A DNA stretch of 63,214 bases, filler included, from Dugesia japonica (GCA_001938525.1; 6 parts of 6 records of this genome joined end to end with filler, not necessarily neighbours in it), one strand, 5' to 3'. Numbered from the whole stretch's first letter, positions 15,831 through 28,399 are shown. The notes: a model not told the origin generated them from the letters alone. Translations and numbers: made by a program.

Positions 15831-17066
15831 TTAGGTGTGTGCATTAATTTTAAAGGATAAGAAAGGGATTTAAAAAGGGTTTAAAAAGTACTATATAACA
15901 ACATTTTTTCCATCCTCTCTTCAAATAATCAATTTATAAATATCATTTTTAATAGGTGTCATTTTAAAAGTACTAAAAAGATTTTTTATTTTTAAAATTT
16001 GAAATATCTACATTTATCCCAAGAAAACTCCATTATCGGGAAGCTATGCTTTTTTGCTATAACTTGAAAAAAGTTCCTTGCGAATATAAAGAAATGCTGT
16101 CAAAAGCCTATGGAGATTGTAACCCTTCAATTTCAACTTTTGAGTTCTGGTTTCGTCGCTTCAAAAGTGATGATTTTGACATTGATGACAAACAACGTGC
16201 AGGACAATCAAAAGAATTGATGATATAAAACGAGAAGCTTTAGTCGATGAAGACTCGATTGCAAAGCAAGAAGAGCTGGCAGAAACATTAAAGGTTGATA
16301 GATCCAAAATTTTCAGAAGTTTGAACGCCATCAGAATGATTCAAAGGTAAAGAAATTGGGTCCCGTTATAATTGAAGGCAAATGATATTGAAAGACGCAA
16401 AATGATTTGGGAATTTTTACTTGAAACGCACAAAAAAGCTTCCTACATTGAATCATCACAGGTGATGAAAACTCGATACGATTCGATAATCAAAAGCGCA
16501 AAAAATCATGGTGCAGGTCAGGCGAACATTCAAAATCTTTTGCAAAGCCAAATATTCATGGTTTTAAACTGATTTGCTCTGTATTTTGTGGGACCATATG
16601 TGGGTAGTGTATTATGAACTGGTCAAACCCAATGAAACCATAACTGGGAAGTCTAAAAACAACAACTGAAGCAATTAAGTCGAACATTAAAGGAAAAACC
16701 GCCCAAATACAAAGAAAGACACCACAAAGTGATTTATAGCACGACAACGATTGTCACCATATGGCAAAACGTGTCAAGAACACACTAGAAGAACTTAAAT
16801 GGAATTCTTCCCACACCATCCGTATTTTCCAGACATTGCTTCTTCCGATTTCCACCTTTTCTGATCGATGAGCCATTTTCTGTCTTAACATCACTTTAAA
16901 TCCTATGAAGATACCAGAGAATGGGTCGATACATAGATAGCCTCAAAAGATGCTTCCTACTTTTGACATGTTTGCCTTCATCATCTGTGCCTTAGCAAGA
17001 AATATATTCATAATCTGATGAGTTTTAAAGTCCTCAATACCTTCAGTATTTATTGTGACACCTAAT
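15830..17066 (+). mobile_element. Mariner (Mos1/mauritiana-like) transposon, near full length, degenerate
   Basis: STFIPRKLHYREAMLFCYNLKK (Mos1-like N-terminus), WFRRFKSDDFD, NWVPL, IITGDE, HDN.CHH, PHHPYFPDIASSDFHLF. Candidate TIRs ATTAGGTGT at 15830 and ACACCTAAT at ~17066. Confidence 0.9.
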
Positions 17067-17312
17067 CACTAATAAATTGCCTAGAGGATCTCAAGTTATT
17101 TAAGAGTTGAGAATGATACTAGTTAGCAATTTATAACGTAATCCTTATTTATAATTCCGTTCGACAACGTTCTGTCAAAGTTTGAGTTGTTTTCCAAATA
17201 ATTATATTGAAAATTTGTTGAGCAGCATTCTCGCATGGTTTCGATTGTTTTCGAAAGAATTTTTATAAATATTGTTCAGTAACATTCTTGTATAGATTTA
17301 AAGATTACTTAA

Positions 17313-17774
17313 CTTTTTCACTCCCAGCGTATCCAATTGGATACACTTGAATGGCCGGATAAACAGTAATGAGAAAGTTGAGTTTAATGAGGCCAATCTT
17401 ATGCATAGGTTGTTTTGATATCAAGTTGTTCACACAAAAAGTTATAAATATTTTTTTTATCCACAATGTGAAAATGGAATACCTTTGTGTTTTTCTGAGT
17501 GCTTTAAAAGTTATCATACAGTCTTAAACTGCAAGAATGTAACAACCAGCACAAACGAACAATTATATATCCAAATTGTGAAAAATTCACATTTATATTT
17601 GATTTTCTAAGGAATTTTATATGTTAAGAATGTGAAATTTTCCAAAATTCAAAGTTCTGTAAAGCGGCGCCATCTTTATGAAAAAATTAATTTTTGTTCA
17701 AAACTTTGTTAAGTAAACTCAATCTATCATTTGAAANCAAATATTCAAAAATGCATTCACCGGCAGTGAAATGG
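17313..17774. mobile_element. piggyBac-like MITE
   Basis: TTAA on both sides (17309-17312, 17775-17778); imperfect TIR CTTTTTCACTCCCAG / CCGGCAGTGAAATGG. Confidence 0.6.
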
Positions 17775-20029
17775 TTAAGTGTATTCTGGCATAATTGAGA
17801 AGCTTTCGAAAAGTTGTTGAGACCAAAACAACGAGAGAGATATTAAAGAAATATTGCAAAAAATAAAATTACTGATTTAACCGATGGAAATTTAATGCTT
17901 GGAAATTTGGTTTGATGACTACTGGGATAAAAAAAAGTGAATTCCAATAGAAAATACAGCCTTTATAATTCGTTTCAACATTTTGTATTTAGATTTAAAC
18001 AAATTCCCATGTTAAATTTGACGAATTTGATAACGCATCAAGTAATCTTGTAATATTGCTTATCCGATCTGAAAAATTCCTTCACTTCGTTTATAATTAA
18101 TCCGTTAAAAAATTTGACAACTCTGATAAACAATTTGCCTGAATTGGGGTTTCTCTATTAACAAATAATTTGAGTTTTATAATTCTGCGGTAATGGTTCT
18201 AAATTTTCAAATGTTTTGTTCAATTGTATTCAAATTTTGATTTGTTGAATTGAAATTCAAAATTAATTCCATATCTTGTTAAAAAAAAATTTGGTTTTTT
18301 AAAATAATTTTATTCTAAAAAAATATTATTTATTTTATAATCTATTTGTAAATAATTCATTTTTAATTTGATTTACTGTCGTAAATAATTTGGCGTTTTC
18401 AATAATCATTTTTACATCTTGAATTTCATTTTTATTGCTATTGAATCGTGGTTTTTATCGAATTTTGTGATATAAACTTTGGTTTATTGTTTATTTTGGG
18501 TTTTGTCAAAGTATGTATATTGGGTTCCAGGGAATGCTATTGGATTTTATAGTAAATCTAGGAATATCCAATTGAATATACATGGAACTAACTAGGTATT
18601 CTATACTAGTTTTTGGATGAGAGCCAGTGACTTGCTTCCGTAGATTTACTGATTCGGATTTCGTTTATGATAGTCGGTTTGTTATTTCGGGAAAGAAAAT
18701 TCATCTTTAACAGTAGTATAATTACATCGATCAAGTAACACAGCTTAAGACATGGATATATATATTTAATTAGATGAACATTCAACAATTCATTAACATG
18801 TAAAGTTAATCAGATTCGTAGTCAACAAGCACCTCAAGCATTAGATTATTTGAAGGTACCGACAAGAATGCGAGAGCATTTTATTATTCATCGATAATTA
18901 GTAGTCTCATGATGAGCCGTCAGCCTTCCGATCTTCCAGAATGATATTGATTTGACACTCGATTAGCAAATCAACATGTCGCATAAATTTTAACCGGGCT
19001 CAATACGTTATTTTTGAAATTGAATAGTTGTTTCTAAAGTCACTCACGAACTTATTCCTATTTCGTCAGGGCCTTCTTGTGATTGTCAACTAAACGTTAC
19101 ATATTTTCTCGAACGTCCCAGAACTGTAATCACACTCGATGATAGATGCGGAATCGCAATGAATAGATAGTTCACAATTACAGTATATTGCAAAATAAAA
19201 TAACATAATGGATATCAATTAACTGTAAATATCATTGTTCAAGCAGAAAACTATTACTATCTTTTGTTAAAAATGACAGTCTATATAAGATCTCTTCTGA
19301 TAACTATCTTCATGAATAGTATCAAAACATTAAACGAGTAAAGGATTTTTATTTAAATCTACACAAAAACATTGTCTCCTCTTGAACTGGGTATGCTTCC
19401 CGTAGTATTGAATGCTCGGAAATTTCTTTACTTGAGTGGCTTTAAGTATTGATCGCGCCTTTTAATGAGATTGAATTTTCGATTAGTATTTAAAATCATA
19501 ATGCATTTTTTTATGGGAGTACAGACCAATAAACACAATGTATCATACTGAATGATTTATCGATTTATATTTCATGTTTTAATCAACTTCAAGGCTAAAC
19601 AGACCACAATAACTTACCCATAAAATTACCGGTTTACAAAAGGTCGATAGACAGTTCATCGCTATGACTTACACCACCAGCATTTAGTTTTTCTCACAAA
19701 TTTCAACTCATTTACAGTCATCTCTATTATGCTTCTTTTTCCAAATTGCTGAGCTTCCTCGGCGAAGGTCCATAAATCACAAATAAAAATTCCACTGCTC
19801 CTGGTGTTTTTCAGAATAGAATCTTGTTCAAGTTGATTCAGTTCTTTTCGGGATATTTCTTCCACTACTGTGTCTGCAGTGGAAGAAAATTATTTAATTA
19901 ATTGATTACTAAGATGTTAAATTACATATCTTTAATTTTTTTCCTTAGTCCTAATTGTGTAAAGTAAAACTAATCTGAAGAAGTTAGTAAATTTCATTTT
20001 TTTAAATCTGAAATTCAAAAAACCAATAT

Positions 20030-20228
20030 AATTACCTACTAAGGCATTTATAAAATTAATTAGTAGTATTAAACATAGAAATATTAATATATATGTGGTG
20101 TTTGAATTAAAATTTGAATCCAACCCGCCCGTGCGGGCTAATTTTTAAAATATGGGTCCTGTGGCTAAAAAAACGGTCATTTATTTTTCGGGTTAAGGTG
20201 GCAGGTTTGGGTAGGGCACACCCCAGAT
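20030..20228. mobile_element. Terminal region of a hAT-like element, homologous to 39578-39760
   Basis: Colinear similarity (CTAAGGCATTTATAAAATTA...CGTGCGG.CTAATTTT.AAAAT.TGGG...GTTAAGG) to the end of the hAT element at 38021-39760. Confidence 0.6.
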
Positions 20229-23157
20229 TATGCAGCATACAATTTTGATATATATTTATAATATGTATAAAATCTCCTTGTAGTATATGTTGCGCAATAT
20301 TATAAAAAATTGTTAGTAATTCTGAATATGATTGTATATTATTATAAGTATTAATTAATTATTGCAAAATTTCCATCTTCTGTCTAGATTTTATATCCAT
20401 ATTTTTATATTTAGAAAAATCAAGATCAAATTCATCCTGCAATCAATATGATAAAATTAAAGACAGTAAAAGATGCTTCAACTATTTCTACAGATCTCGA
20501 GATTTTAGTTCGGAGACGTATACATTTGGAAATAAGAATCTTTACTTTTTAAGTAACATAATTTATTTTATTTTTAAATATCTTTCTCAAAAATAACATA
20601 CAATGTTGAGTTTTCTCAACAATGAAATTACAAAATTAAATCAAATCAAACATTTCTGTTTAACAGCAATGTAATAACTTTAATAATTAATTTAGAAATT
20701 AATTTCAAATTAAATTTTTACATTTATCCCTTTGGGTCTGTCCATTAATTATGTCAACAAATTTCAGGCACCTTTTAATCATCCCTTCCCTTTGTCACTG
20801 ACCCCTCTAATAAAATTGTTAACAATTGTTTACCACCACACCATAAATTAACAAATCAACTATTTTTTTTGATTTATTAAATTTAACGTAAAAGTATTGT
20901 TTANNNNNNNNNNNAAATAATTATTTATAAAAGTTATTGGAAAATGTGAATACTTGACTAAAGAAATGGAAGTACCCTTTCGTAACCTATGTAAAATTCA
21001 ATGTAAAAATAAGTAATTTACAATGCTAAATAAACAAATAGTTCCATATCTAAAATTAGTAAAATAAATTCCCAATATTTGCTAAGTAAATGGTTACAAA
21101 TGGAAATCTATGGAATGTCAAAAATAGGTTTCTCGCATCAGTGTGGGTTCATGCAACCTGGTTAAAAATTACTGCTTTTAACTAATTTCGCAATATCTGA
21201 ATGTGCTAATAATTAATGAAGTACAATAAAGAAATATGATAAATTAAGAAAAAGTAAAAATTTATAAAAATTTTTTTTATAATAAATAGACTAAGATAAC
21301 CGAATATGAATTCAACATTTCACAACATTTTGTAACTGAACTTATTTCCAGAGGTGGTTCAAAAGAAAATGTTATCATAGAACGCTTGCTAATTTAACAC
21401 TCTATTCATAGATATAATAATTTACACTATGTATACAAATATAAATTAAATGTAGAGCTAGATTTTCTAGGATTTCAGTTTTGATTTTTTAAAATGTTTT
21501 AAAAAAATTAAAAATAAAAGTTAAATTCAAAATTGACATTAATAAAAATTAAAAGTAAATTTTTAAAATAAGATTTTACAAAAATCAGAAATTTTTATAT
21601 TTAGCTATTACAACAATTTTCAGAATTAAAGTTGAAAAATGATCTTAAATTAAACACATCCTTCCGGTAAAAAAGATAATGTAAATCAAGATCATTTTTA
21701 AGTAATATAAACAATTTTAGTATTCGTTAAAAAATTACGTAACTCGCAACTTAATTAATAATTTCATCGGTGATAGTATATTGAATATCAAAGTACATTT
21801 CTCAAATAATCTATCAATGAAGAATTTTAAATGATAATCGCTTATTCACCAAAAATGTTGTTATTAATGAATTATTGAATTAAAAATAAATTCTTTCAGT
21901 TGATATTAATTTTTTCATCCTTAAAATTTACTGTTTTTTATGATCATTAACTACTAAAATTTCATTTACAAATATTCATTTTTTAACGGGTGATACCTAG
22001 ATGAGGAAGATAGTTTTAAAAAGATAGATGAAAAATCACCATTTAATCAGAATCAAAATTCTATTTTTGACTATTTTGATACCTAGTTTTATTAATAAAT
22101 TTATGGATATTAAAAATATTTTAAATTGCATGTAAATTTTTTTGATTGTTATTAAATATATAATCGTATTAAACTTTAAAAAGAATGTTTTTATTGAAAT
22201 AAATAGTTATTATTCATATTTACAATTAGAAATTATTAATAGTAAAAAATAATTTTTAATTTGCTTAAATATTATGAAATCTTTTCATTCAACATCTAAA
22301 ATGGATCACTTTATAAATAAAGTTCTTATTTAAAATTAATTTTAATTGGAATAAAAATAGTTTTAAAATTTATATTCGCTAATTAAAACGTTTGGAAAAA
22401 TTGCGAGAAATTAATATTTTAACTAGAAAATGATACACACACTCAAACAAAACAGTAATTACTGCATCAAAAAAATCAATAATATCTCTCCAATAAATTA
22501 ATCATGTTTGGCTATTGAAAATTGTTTAATCTCAAATTTCTGGATGACTGTCATTTCTATACTTGATTACTACATCGTATTAAAACAAGATAAACTTTAC
22601 TTGGTTTAACTAGTAACTCCATAAATCAAACACCTATAAATTTAAACTGAATAATAATTATTTTCGCATTAAAAATATGTGGTTAGATTTGTTTTATTTA
22701 TAAAGTATCACGTGTATTTTATGAGTGTTGCTGCTTTGTGTCTATTAATTCAATATTTTATTTTAAAATTTTCAGTTTAATATTTAAATAATTAAAATTT
22801 TGGATATTACTATGAAAATAGAATAATTTAAATTTTGTTTCTCTAATATTAATTGAGAAACGAGTTCTTATATTCTTAATATTTTATTAGGAATAATGTG
22901 AAAACATTTAATTTGGTATTAAACTCTTTCATAACCCATGATGCTAAATTGGGACAGTAAATAATTTTTTTGTTTTTTTGTTCCGGAATACAAATATATA
23001 CTGATTATTTGAATTGTGTGATTGCACACAACATGCATGTAGCATAATGTTTTATCTATATAGTGTGTTATTTCCGGGTTAAAACTATTTCCCAATAGAA
23101 TTTAATTTGGCAATAAGAGTAAAAAGAGTATAAATAAAATTAGAAAATTATCTACGT

Positions 23158-23235
23158 GAAAATCAGAGATCGATCCGAAATCCATATTTTTGAAAATCAG
23201 AGATCGATCCGAAATCCATATTTTTGAAAATCAGA
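23158..23235. repeat. 34-bp tandem duplication
   Basis: GAAAATCAGAGATCGATCCGAAATCCATATTTTT occurs twice plus a partial third copy. Confidence 0.85.
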
Positions 23236-24185
23236 AGTCAATCTGAGTGAAAAGATCAAAATCATCACCAACATTAATTTGGTTACTCGAGAAAATCTAA
23301 TGGTTCTCATCGTCAAGCTTCAGAAAATTGAGTCAATCTATCCATTCACAGTAGAATAATTACAAGAAATTCAATTTTAAAAATCCTTTCGCCATTCCGT
23401 GTGTAAATCAGCATTTAATTCCCAAAATGAAACCACCAAAAAATTATCAATTTAAACATAGAGAACTGGATTCATTCGAAGCTTTCTGCTAGTCATTTAA
23501 ATTATTGGAACATTAGTAGCTTCATTCAAAAATTGTGTACAAATTGTCAATTTTTCCTACACAGTATATCAATGTTTAAATTACTAGAAGTAACCAGTNN
23601 NNNNNNNNNNNNNNNNNNNNNNNNNNNNNNNNNNNNNNNNNNTTAATTAATTAANNNNNNNNNNNNNNNNNNNNNNNNNNNNNNNNNNNNNNNNNNNNAT
23701 CCCCCAGACAGAAAATAGATTTGAAAGAAGAAACAGTGGAGATCGAGAGTGATAATGAAGATCAATATAAATGCAAACAACGTCAAAAAGCCTAGCAACC
23801 CAACAATGAGAACGGAGTAATTTAGAACAATGAAGTTGCAGATGGAGCTGATAACACTAGTGTGAATTATGGAGTAAACAATTCGGTTTTTCAAAGATTA
23901 GTGAATGAAGAAAATGAAATCATTGTTGGGGTACCTGCTGAGAAGATAGTAGAAAACGTTGGCTGAAGAAAAACAGCCCTCAGGAGACCCCCTTCAAGAA
24001 TTTAATCTAAAGTCCCTTTTTAGATTTTCGGTAAAGGGCGGTTGACCTCCAACATCTACTTGAGGTGCACACCCGTATACCTTTAAGTTTGGGTTCATGA
24101 TTCCCTTAATTTGATTTACAAAACAAAATAAAATAGACTAATTAACTGAATATATATATATATATTGGATTCATTATTCAATAAA

Positions 24186-24538
24186 TTAGAGAGCACCCGG
24201 GTCTAACCACTGGGTAGGCTCTTCATCTAAGTAATTAAAAACCGCCTCGTCGTCGTTATTATCCCAGCAGATCCAGGCCTCGTTTCCTAATTGACGTGAC
24301 AAATAAGCGATATAATGTTGCAAAAAATCTATTTTGTGTTGCAACAACTGTTTCGTTTGCTCGGCTAAGTCATTCTGTTTATTGACGATTAGGTCGAGTT
24401 TCTTAATTAATTTATTTCGTTGAGACAGGTGTTTTAGGAGGGCACGCTCATTCTGTCTTTTGATGTGTCACTCCACTAAAAACTTTTGAATTAGACTATG
24501 GCAACATCGTAAGCTGCGAGGTAATTGAATACGAGGAA
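24186..24538 (-). pseudogene. LTR-borne ORF-d (coiled coil + acidic/aromatic tail), copy A, one internal stop
   Basis: tttatttcag|TT CCT: PRIQLPRSLRCCHSLIQKFLVE*HIKRQNERALLKHLSQRNKLIKKLD...WDNNDDEAVFNYLDEEPTQWLDPGAL; homologous to 60096-60457. Confidence 0.8.
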
Positions 24539-24678
24539 CTGAAATAAAGAACTACTAGTTAGATTATAGACTACTTCACTAAAAATATTTAACTAGAAGG
24601 AAAATTCTTTTCTTAAAGATAGACAAACAAAATAAGTCACTACAAAGCAAGGAGACATTTATTTACAGACATAAACGG

Positions 24679-25037
24679 TCAGGGCCGGGAGGTTTGTGTA
24701 CCTTTGTCTATCAACAGTGGCTCAAGAAGTATCCTTTTTCGTAACTCCAAAATTTCATTAACCAGTTTATTCTCTCGATCATGGAGGGACCGGATGATTT
24801 CGGTGAAAGATTCGGCTTGGGTCTTCCAGAGCCGCTCCTCAGCATGGGAGGTCTCTGCTTCCTTACGAAACGAAATACGTTTGGTTTTATAACGTTTCAC
24901 TTTGGCTTCTGCAGTGGAGGTTTTAGCCTCCAAACGACGCCTAGCAAGTTGGTAAAGCTCCCACGTCATGTCGGGATCTTCGCTATCCTCTCGGATTTTC
25001 TTTGTTGGAGCGGTTGCACGGTTGAGTGAGGAATGTA
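24679..25037 (-). CDS. LTR-borne ORF-c (coiled coil ending DKGTQTSRP), copy A, open frame
   Basis: ttttctttcatag|TA CAT: HSSLNRATAPTKKIREDSEDPDMTWELYQLARRRLEA...IRSLHDRENKLV...LEPLLIDKGTQTSRP*; homologs in the three other copies. Confidence 0.7.
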
Positions 25038-25204
25038 CTATGAAAGAAAAGGTAAAATGATATCAATAACTACGAAAAATACTAAGTTCAGCGACTATTC
25101 GACACTCAAATTATTATTATTTTCTTACCAAGATATTAGCAAACAGCAATGAACTCGATTTATGAAAAGAATATTTTATTAGTTACTAAGCAAAATTTTA
25201 AACT

Positions 25205-25560
25205 TTATAAAACAGTCTTGTTGATGGGAGTGGGGTCGGAATTCTCAGCACTTCCGCCACTTTCCGTGTTGCGAATGCTCCACAAGTTGTCGTTTACAAA
25301 AGCAGTTAAATTGTAGAGGGGAAGAAGTTGATTAGTGTTCATATCCATCATCGAGGGTCTTTCATGCCATTCTCGAGTCACACGGACTTCACCATCTACA
25401 TTCCGTTGCGTATTTGTGACAGAATAGTAAACAGCGCGTTTACGATCAGGTCCATTTCAGGTCCGATAGGCGTGACGCTCGTTCGCATCCCACTTACGTT
25501 CATCGTTGGCTTCTTATGGGGGCAGATTGGACCGATCTGCAACAATGCTGGCATCCCTAT
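25205..25560 (-). pseudogene. LTR-borne ORF-b (WNGPDR / LWxLRN protein), copy A
   Basis: ERKWDANERHAYRT*NGPDRKRAVYYSVT...FVNDNLWSIRNTESGGSAENSDP aligns with copy D 61203-61481 (EREWDTAEWRAYYKWNGPDRTREVYHTVT...FVTNTLWELRNNADGG) and copy C ~58510-58625 (NNWLWELRNSSGLGNKENVDP). Confidence 0.7.
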
Positions 25561-25798
25561 TGTGGGGATTTCTATATTTTTTGAATATTTTGCGACCTAT
25601 CCTGCAGTCTAATAGTATTTCCCATTTATAGTCCATATCGGTATTATATTGACTCCTAATTATAATGAATATGCAAATAAATTTATTATATTACAAGAGA
25701 GTTGTGAATAATAAAGTAAAAACTGACATTAAATTTTTAACAAATGAATTAAAATTTTATTTTTTGTAAACATTGATGAGAGTTGAAAAAGATAAGAA

Positions 25799-25987
25799 TT
25801 ATGCTTCTTCGTCCAGGTCCACCTTAAAAGTTAGAGGGAACACCTCGGCAAAACACCGCAAGTCTGTTTCGTCGGGATGCTCCACCATTTCTGGAAATAA
25901 CAGGTGTCCGATGAGTTGCCGAAGTCGAGCACGTTTTCTCTGCTTTAAAATTATTCGTAGCGTCTTCCTTAATTCACTTGCTATACT
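25799..25987 (-). CDS. LTR-borne ORF-a (basic, EHPDE motif), copy A
   Basis: ttattttcag|AGT: SIASELRKTLRIILKQRKRARLRQLIGHLLFPEMVEHPDETDL...DLDEEA*; homolog in copy C 58232-58384 (TLRVIRKDRRKTRRKQLLAHILSFEEIEHPDESNL). Confidence 0.55.
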   Translation of the reverse strand, partial: SIASELRKTLRIILKQRKRARLRQLIGHLLFPEMVEHPDETDLRCFAEVFPLTFKVDLDEEA

Positions 25988-26239
25988 CTGAAAATAATAT
26001 TATAAGATTTACTGTCTTGTTACATCACCTCGACCCTCTCTTTACAATACTGAACAAAAATTGGAATTGCATTGTTCAGTGATTGCATTATAAATATGAA
26101 TTTTAGTATTGGTAGTTAGTAACTAAATGATTCTAAGGGTCTCTATCTCAAAGAAAAAATTCGAATATAATTAACTATAGCGAGTAATATGATGGTAATG
26201 CCACTAATAACGAAACCTGTATTCGCTGTAAATTCTGAA

Positions 26240-26610
26240 GAAGATATCGTCGATAATTTATAATAATAATCGAGTCAATATCATGAAGATCCTAGTCCTA
26301 GTGATAACACTATTTAAGCATGATAGTAATGTCTTGATACGATGATAAAGTTAATAACCGCAATGATATTATTGATATTATTAAGAATTAATTAATAATA
26401 ATAATTAATTAATTAATAATGAATTAATTAATAATAATAATGATATTAATAATAGTAATAATAATAACAATAATAATAATAATAATAATAATAATCATAA
26501 TAATATTAACAGCTGTAATGCCCAAAATTGATAGTGAGGATTGCAATGCCTGATGAATGTAATAACGCCGACAAAAATAACAACCATAATTTTATTAAGA
26601 AATAACAAAA
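26240..26610. repeat. Degenerate (AAT)n tract inside LTR copy A; equivalent (ATT)-rich tract at 57800-58130 in copy C
   Basis: Direct low-complexity trinucleotide repeat at the same relative position in two copies. Confidence 0.75.
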
Positions 26611-27393
26611 ATTCTGTTACCAAAATCTCGACACAATTTAGTTAAAATCGGGAATCTGAGTGTAGCCATAGTAATGTCTTACATTATCAATGGGAATAAT
26701 AACTGAAAATTATGAATGTTGATCATCGTCACAACTCATGGTACTATTGGCTGAATTGTGGTGATAGCAGTGGTGTACTTGCCTGTTCTTACAGTGGGGT
26801 GAATACTACTGACTTCTTGAATACTAGTAACTCGCAACTATTCAAAGTGCATTATTAGCAATACGTGGCCAACAATTAAAAATATCCATGACATTGGTGA
26901 AATATGGTGAATTACTCTAGCTATATTAATAGGTAACATAATTTAGTGTGTAACATCACTTCTATTCCAATCAAGACTAACTCAGCGACAAGACACGTGT
27001 GCGAGTAGCTACATGCATATGGAGATTAGCTGATTGTAGACTTCACTTGTTTAACATAAATTTTAGATATTGGATTAAATGACGAGTTATTATTCCGTCC
27101 TTTACGTTGAATTTATTTTAACAGATAATTCATTATAGCTGTGGGCATAAAAGAAAAAAATTTCTGTTTTAAAGTGGACATCAAAATTTCAGGAATTGGT
27201 GTTCTGATCGTTGACTGAGTTGAACAGACAGTAATCACAATCTAAGCACTGTGATTGGGAGTATATTTAATTTATTACTCTTGTAGAGATATAAATAAAC
27301 AGATAAAGTCTTTTTCTTTTTATGTTGAATATTTATTTCTAAATTAAATTGTTACATTGCATAATCATTCTAACAATACTAAACGACACTTAC

Positions 27394-28060
27394 TGTTTGT
27401 AATAAGAATATCTGCAAAGGGATTTCGGAGATCAATTAATTCTTTTCTGATTTCTTTTGCGCTTGTTTTCCTTTTTCTTCTCCTTTCCTTTTAATGCTAA
27501 TTCAACAATTAAAGATAATCCCTTGAATAATTGTGATTGAAATTAATACTTTTCTTGACGTTAAGTAAATCACTATATCGGCTACAACTGATTATCTATA
27601 ACTTGTCCGTAGATGAAAATGAGAAAATTTTGTTGTTTTTGACTAAAATTCGGGGGAGTTTTATTTGATTTTAAATGCAACTCCGCATCATTGCCATTGA
27701 GTTGCTATTTTTAATTCAAATTTCTTGCTTCTGATTAGCGATGGTGCCAATTTTCGGATTTTTCAGAGATTTTTAGAATTTCCATTGGTGGCTATTTTTA
27801 AGTCACCATGTAATCTTCTGTTCTTTGTTTTAGTTTCTTTTTCTGGATTACCATTGGTTTATTCTTCAAATCTTCATAGGGGTATTCCTGATTGTGATAG
27901 GATTTTCTTGTTGCAAAATCATATTGCCCCTTGACAATTTCTTTCCAGATTTTCTTTTTACACAACTCCATGATTTTTCTGAGAGGAGTTATTCCCGGAA
28001 AACTGATTTTGGCTTAATTTTAATTTATTTTCTGATAAAATTAATTAATTTTCCTTTATT
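27394..28060 (-). promoter_or_regulatory. Putative LTR promoter (CCAAT boxes, TATA-like) plus noncoding leader exon ending at donor CA|GTAAGT (27393)
   Basis: 27678-27990 is strongly conserved in nucleotide sequence with 62880-63214 (copy D) and more weakly with 55720-56100 (copy C). TATA-like sites lie at 27660 (A), 56098 (C) and 62862 (D), and a GT donor lies 255-320 nt downstream in all three. Confidence 0.55.
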
Positions 28061-28399
28061 AATTAATTACTATTTTCTTGCCCATTTTCTTATTTTCTTT
28101 TTCAATAATTAAAATTTCTCCCAATTAGTAATTTAGTTTCAACCCCTGTTTTACCCGGTTGATGTCTTCTTCCTGCACTTTCCCTTTTTAACTGTTTTCG
28201 TAATACCGCAATTACGTCGATTTTCTCATTGTTGACAATTATTAAACTCAGTCTCTTTTTCCAATCTCCTTCCTTACAATTTGGACCCCTGGCATTGTTT
28301 TTCTTTCTCAGGCCGGTGTTTCACCCCAACAAATCGCTCTCTGTTTTGTTTAAATTCCGTCCCTGAATTTGTCGTTGTCCATCCCCGTTGCAGAATCCC

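Larger units (their letters stand above)
23924..28331 (-). mobile_element. Giant LTR copy A (4408 bp), probable 3' LTR of a large Ty3/Gypsy-like element
   Basis: On the minus strand it starts TGTTGGGGTGAAACACCGG (28331) and ends ACCCCAACA (23924). It is preceded by a purine-rich AAACAAAACAGAGAGCGA (PPT-like) and same-strand ORFs, and is colinear with the unit at 55453-59875. Confidence 0.8.

Noticed and set aside
15426-15860. Poly-Ile/Asn/Tyr and X-rich ORFs (also 2160-2481, 3054-3269, 42368-42802, 46095-46378, 57924-58178)
   Set aside because: Translations of microsatellites, a minisatellite or N gaps.
19330-19865. Possible Crypton/tyrosine-recombinase N-terminus (ELNQLEQDSILKNTR)
   Set aside because: Only one weak motif, and no catalytic residues recognisable by eye.
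24704-25029. Plus-strand ORFs antisense to ORF-c/ORF-d (also 54236-54448, 58897-59118, 60082-60342)
   Set aside because: Shadow frames of the conserved sense ORFs; starts and stops are not conserved among copies.
25838-25875. LxCxE-like Rb-binding motif (PDETDLRCFAE) in ORF-a
   Set aside because: The spacing is LxCxxE rather than LxCxE, and the homolog in copy C lacks it.
28313-28328. TGGGGTGAAACACCGG as a tRNA primer-binding site
   Set aside because: It lies inside the terminal TGTTGGGGT of the unit and does not match a tRNA 3' end I recognise.
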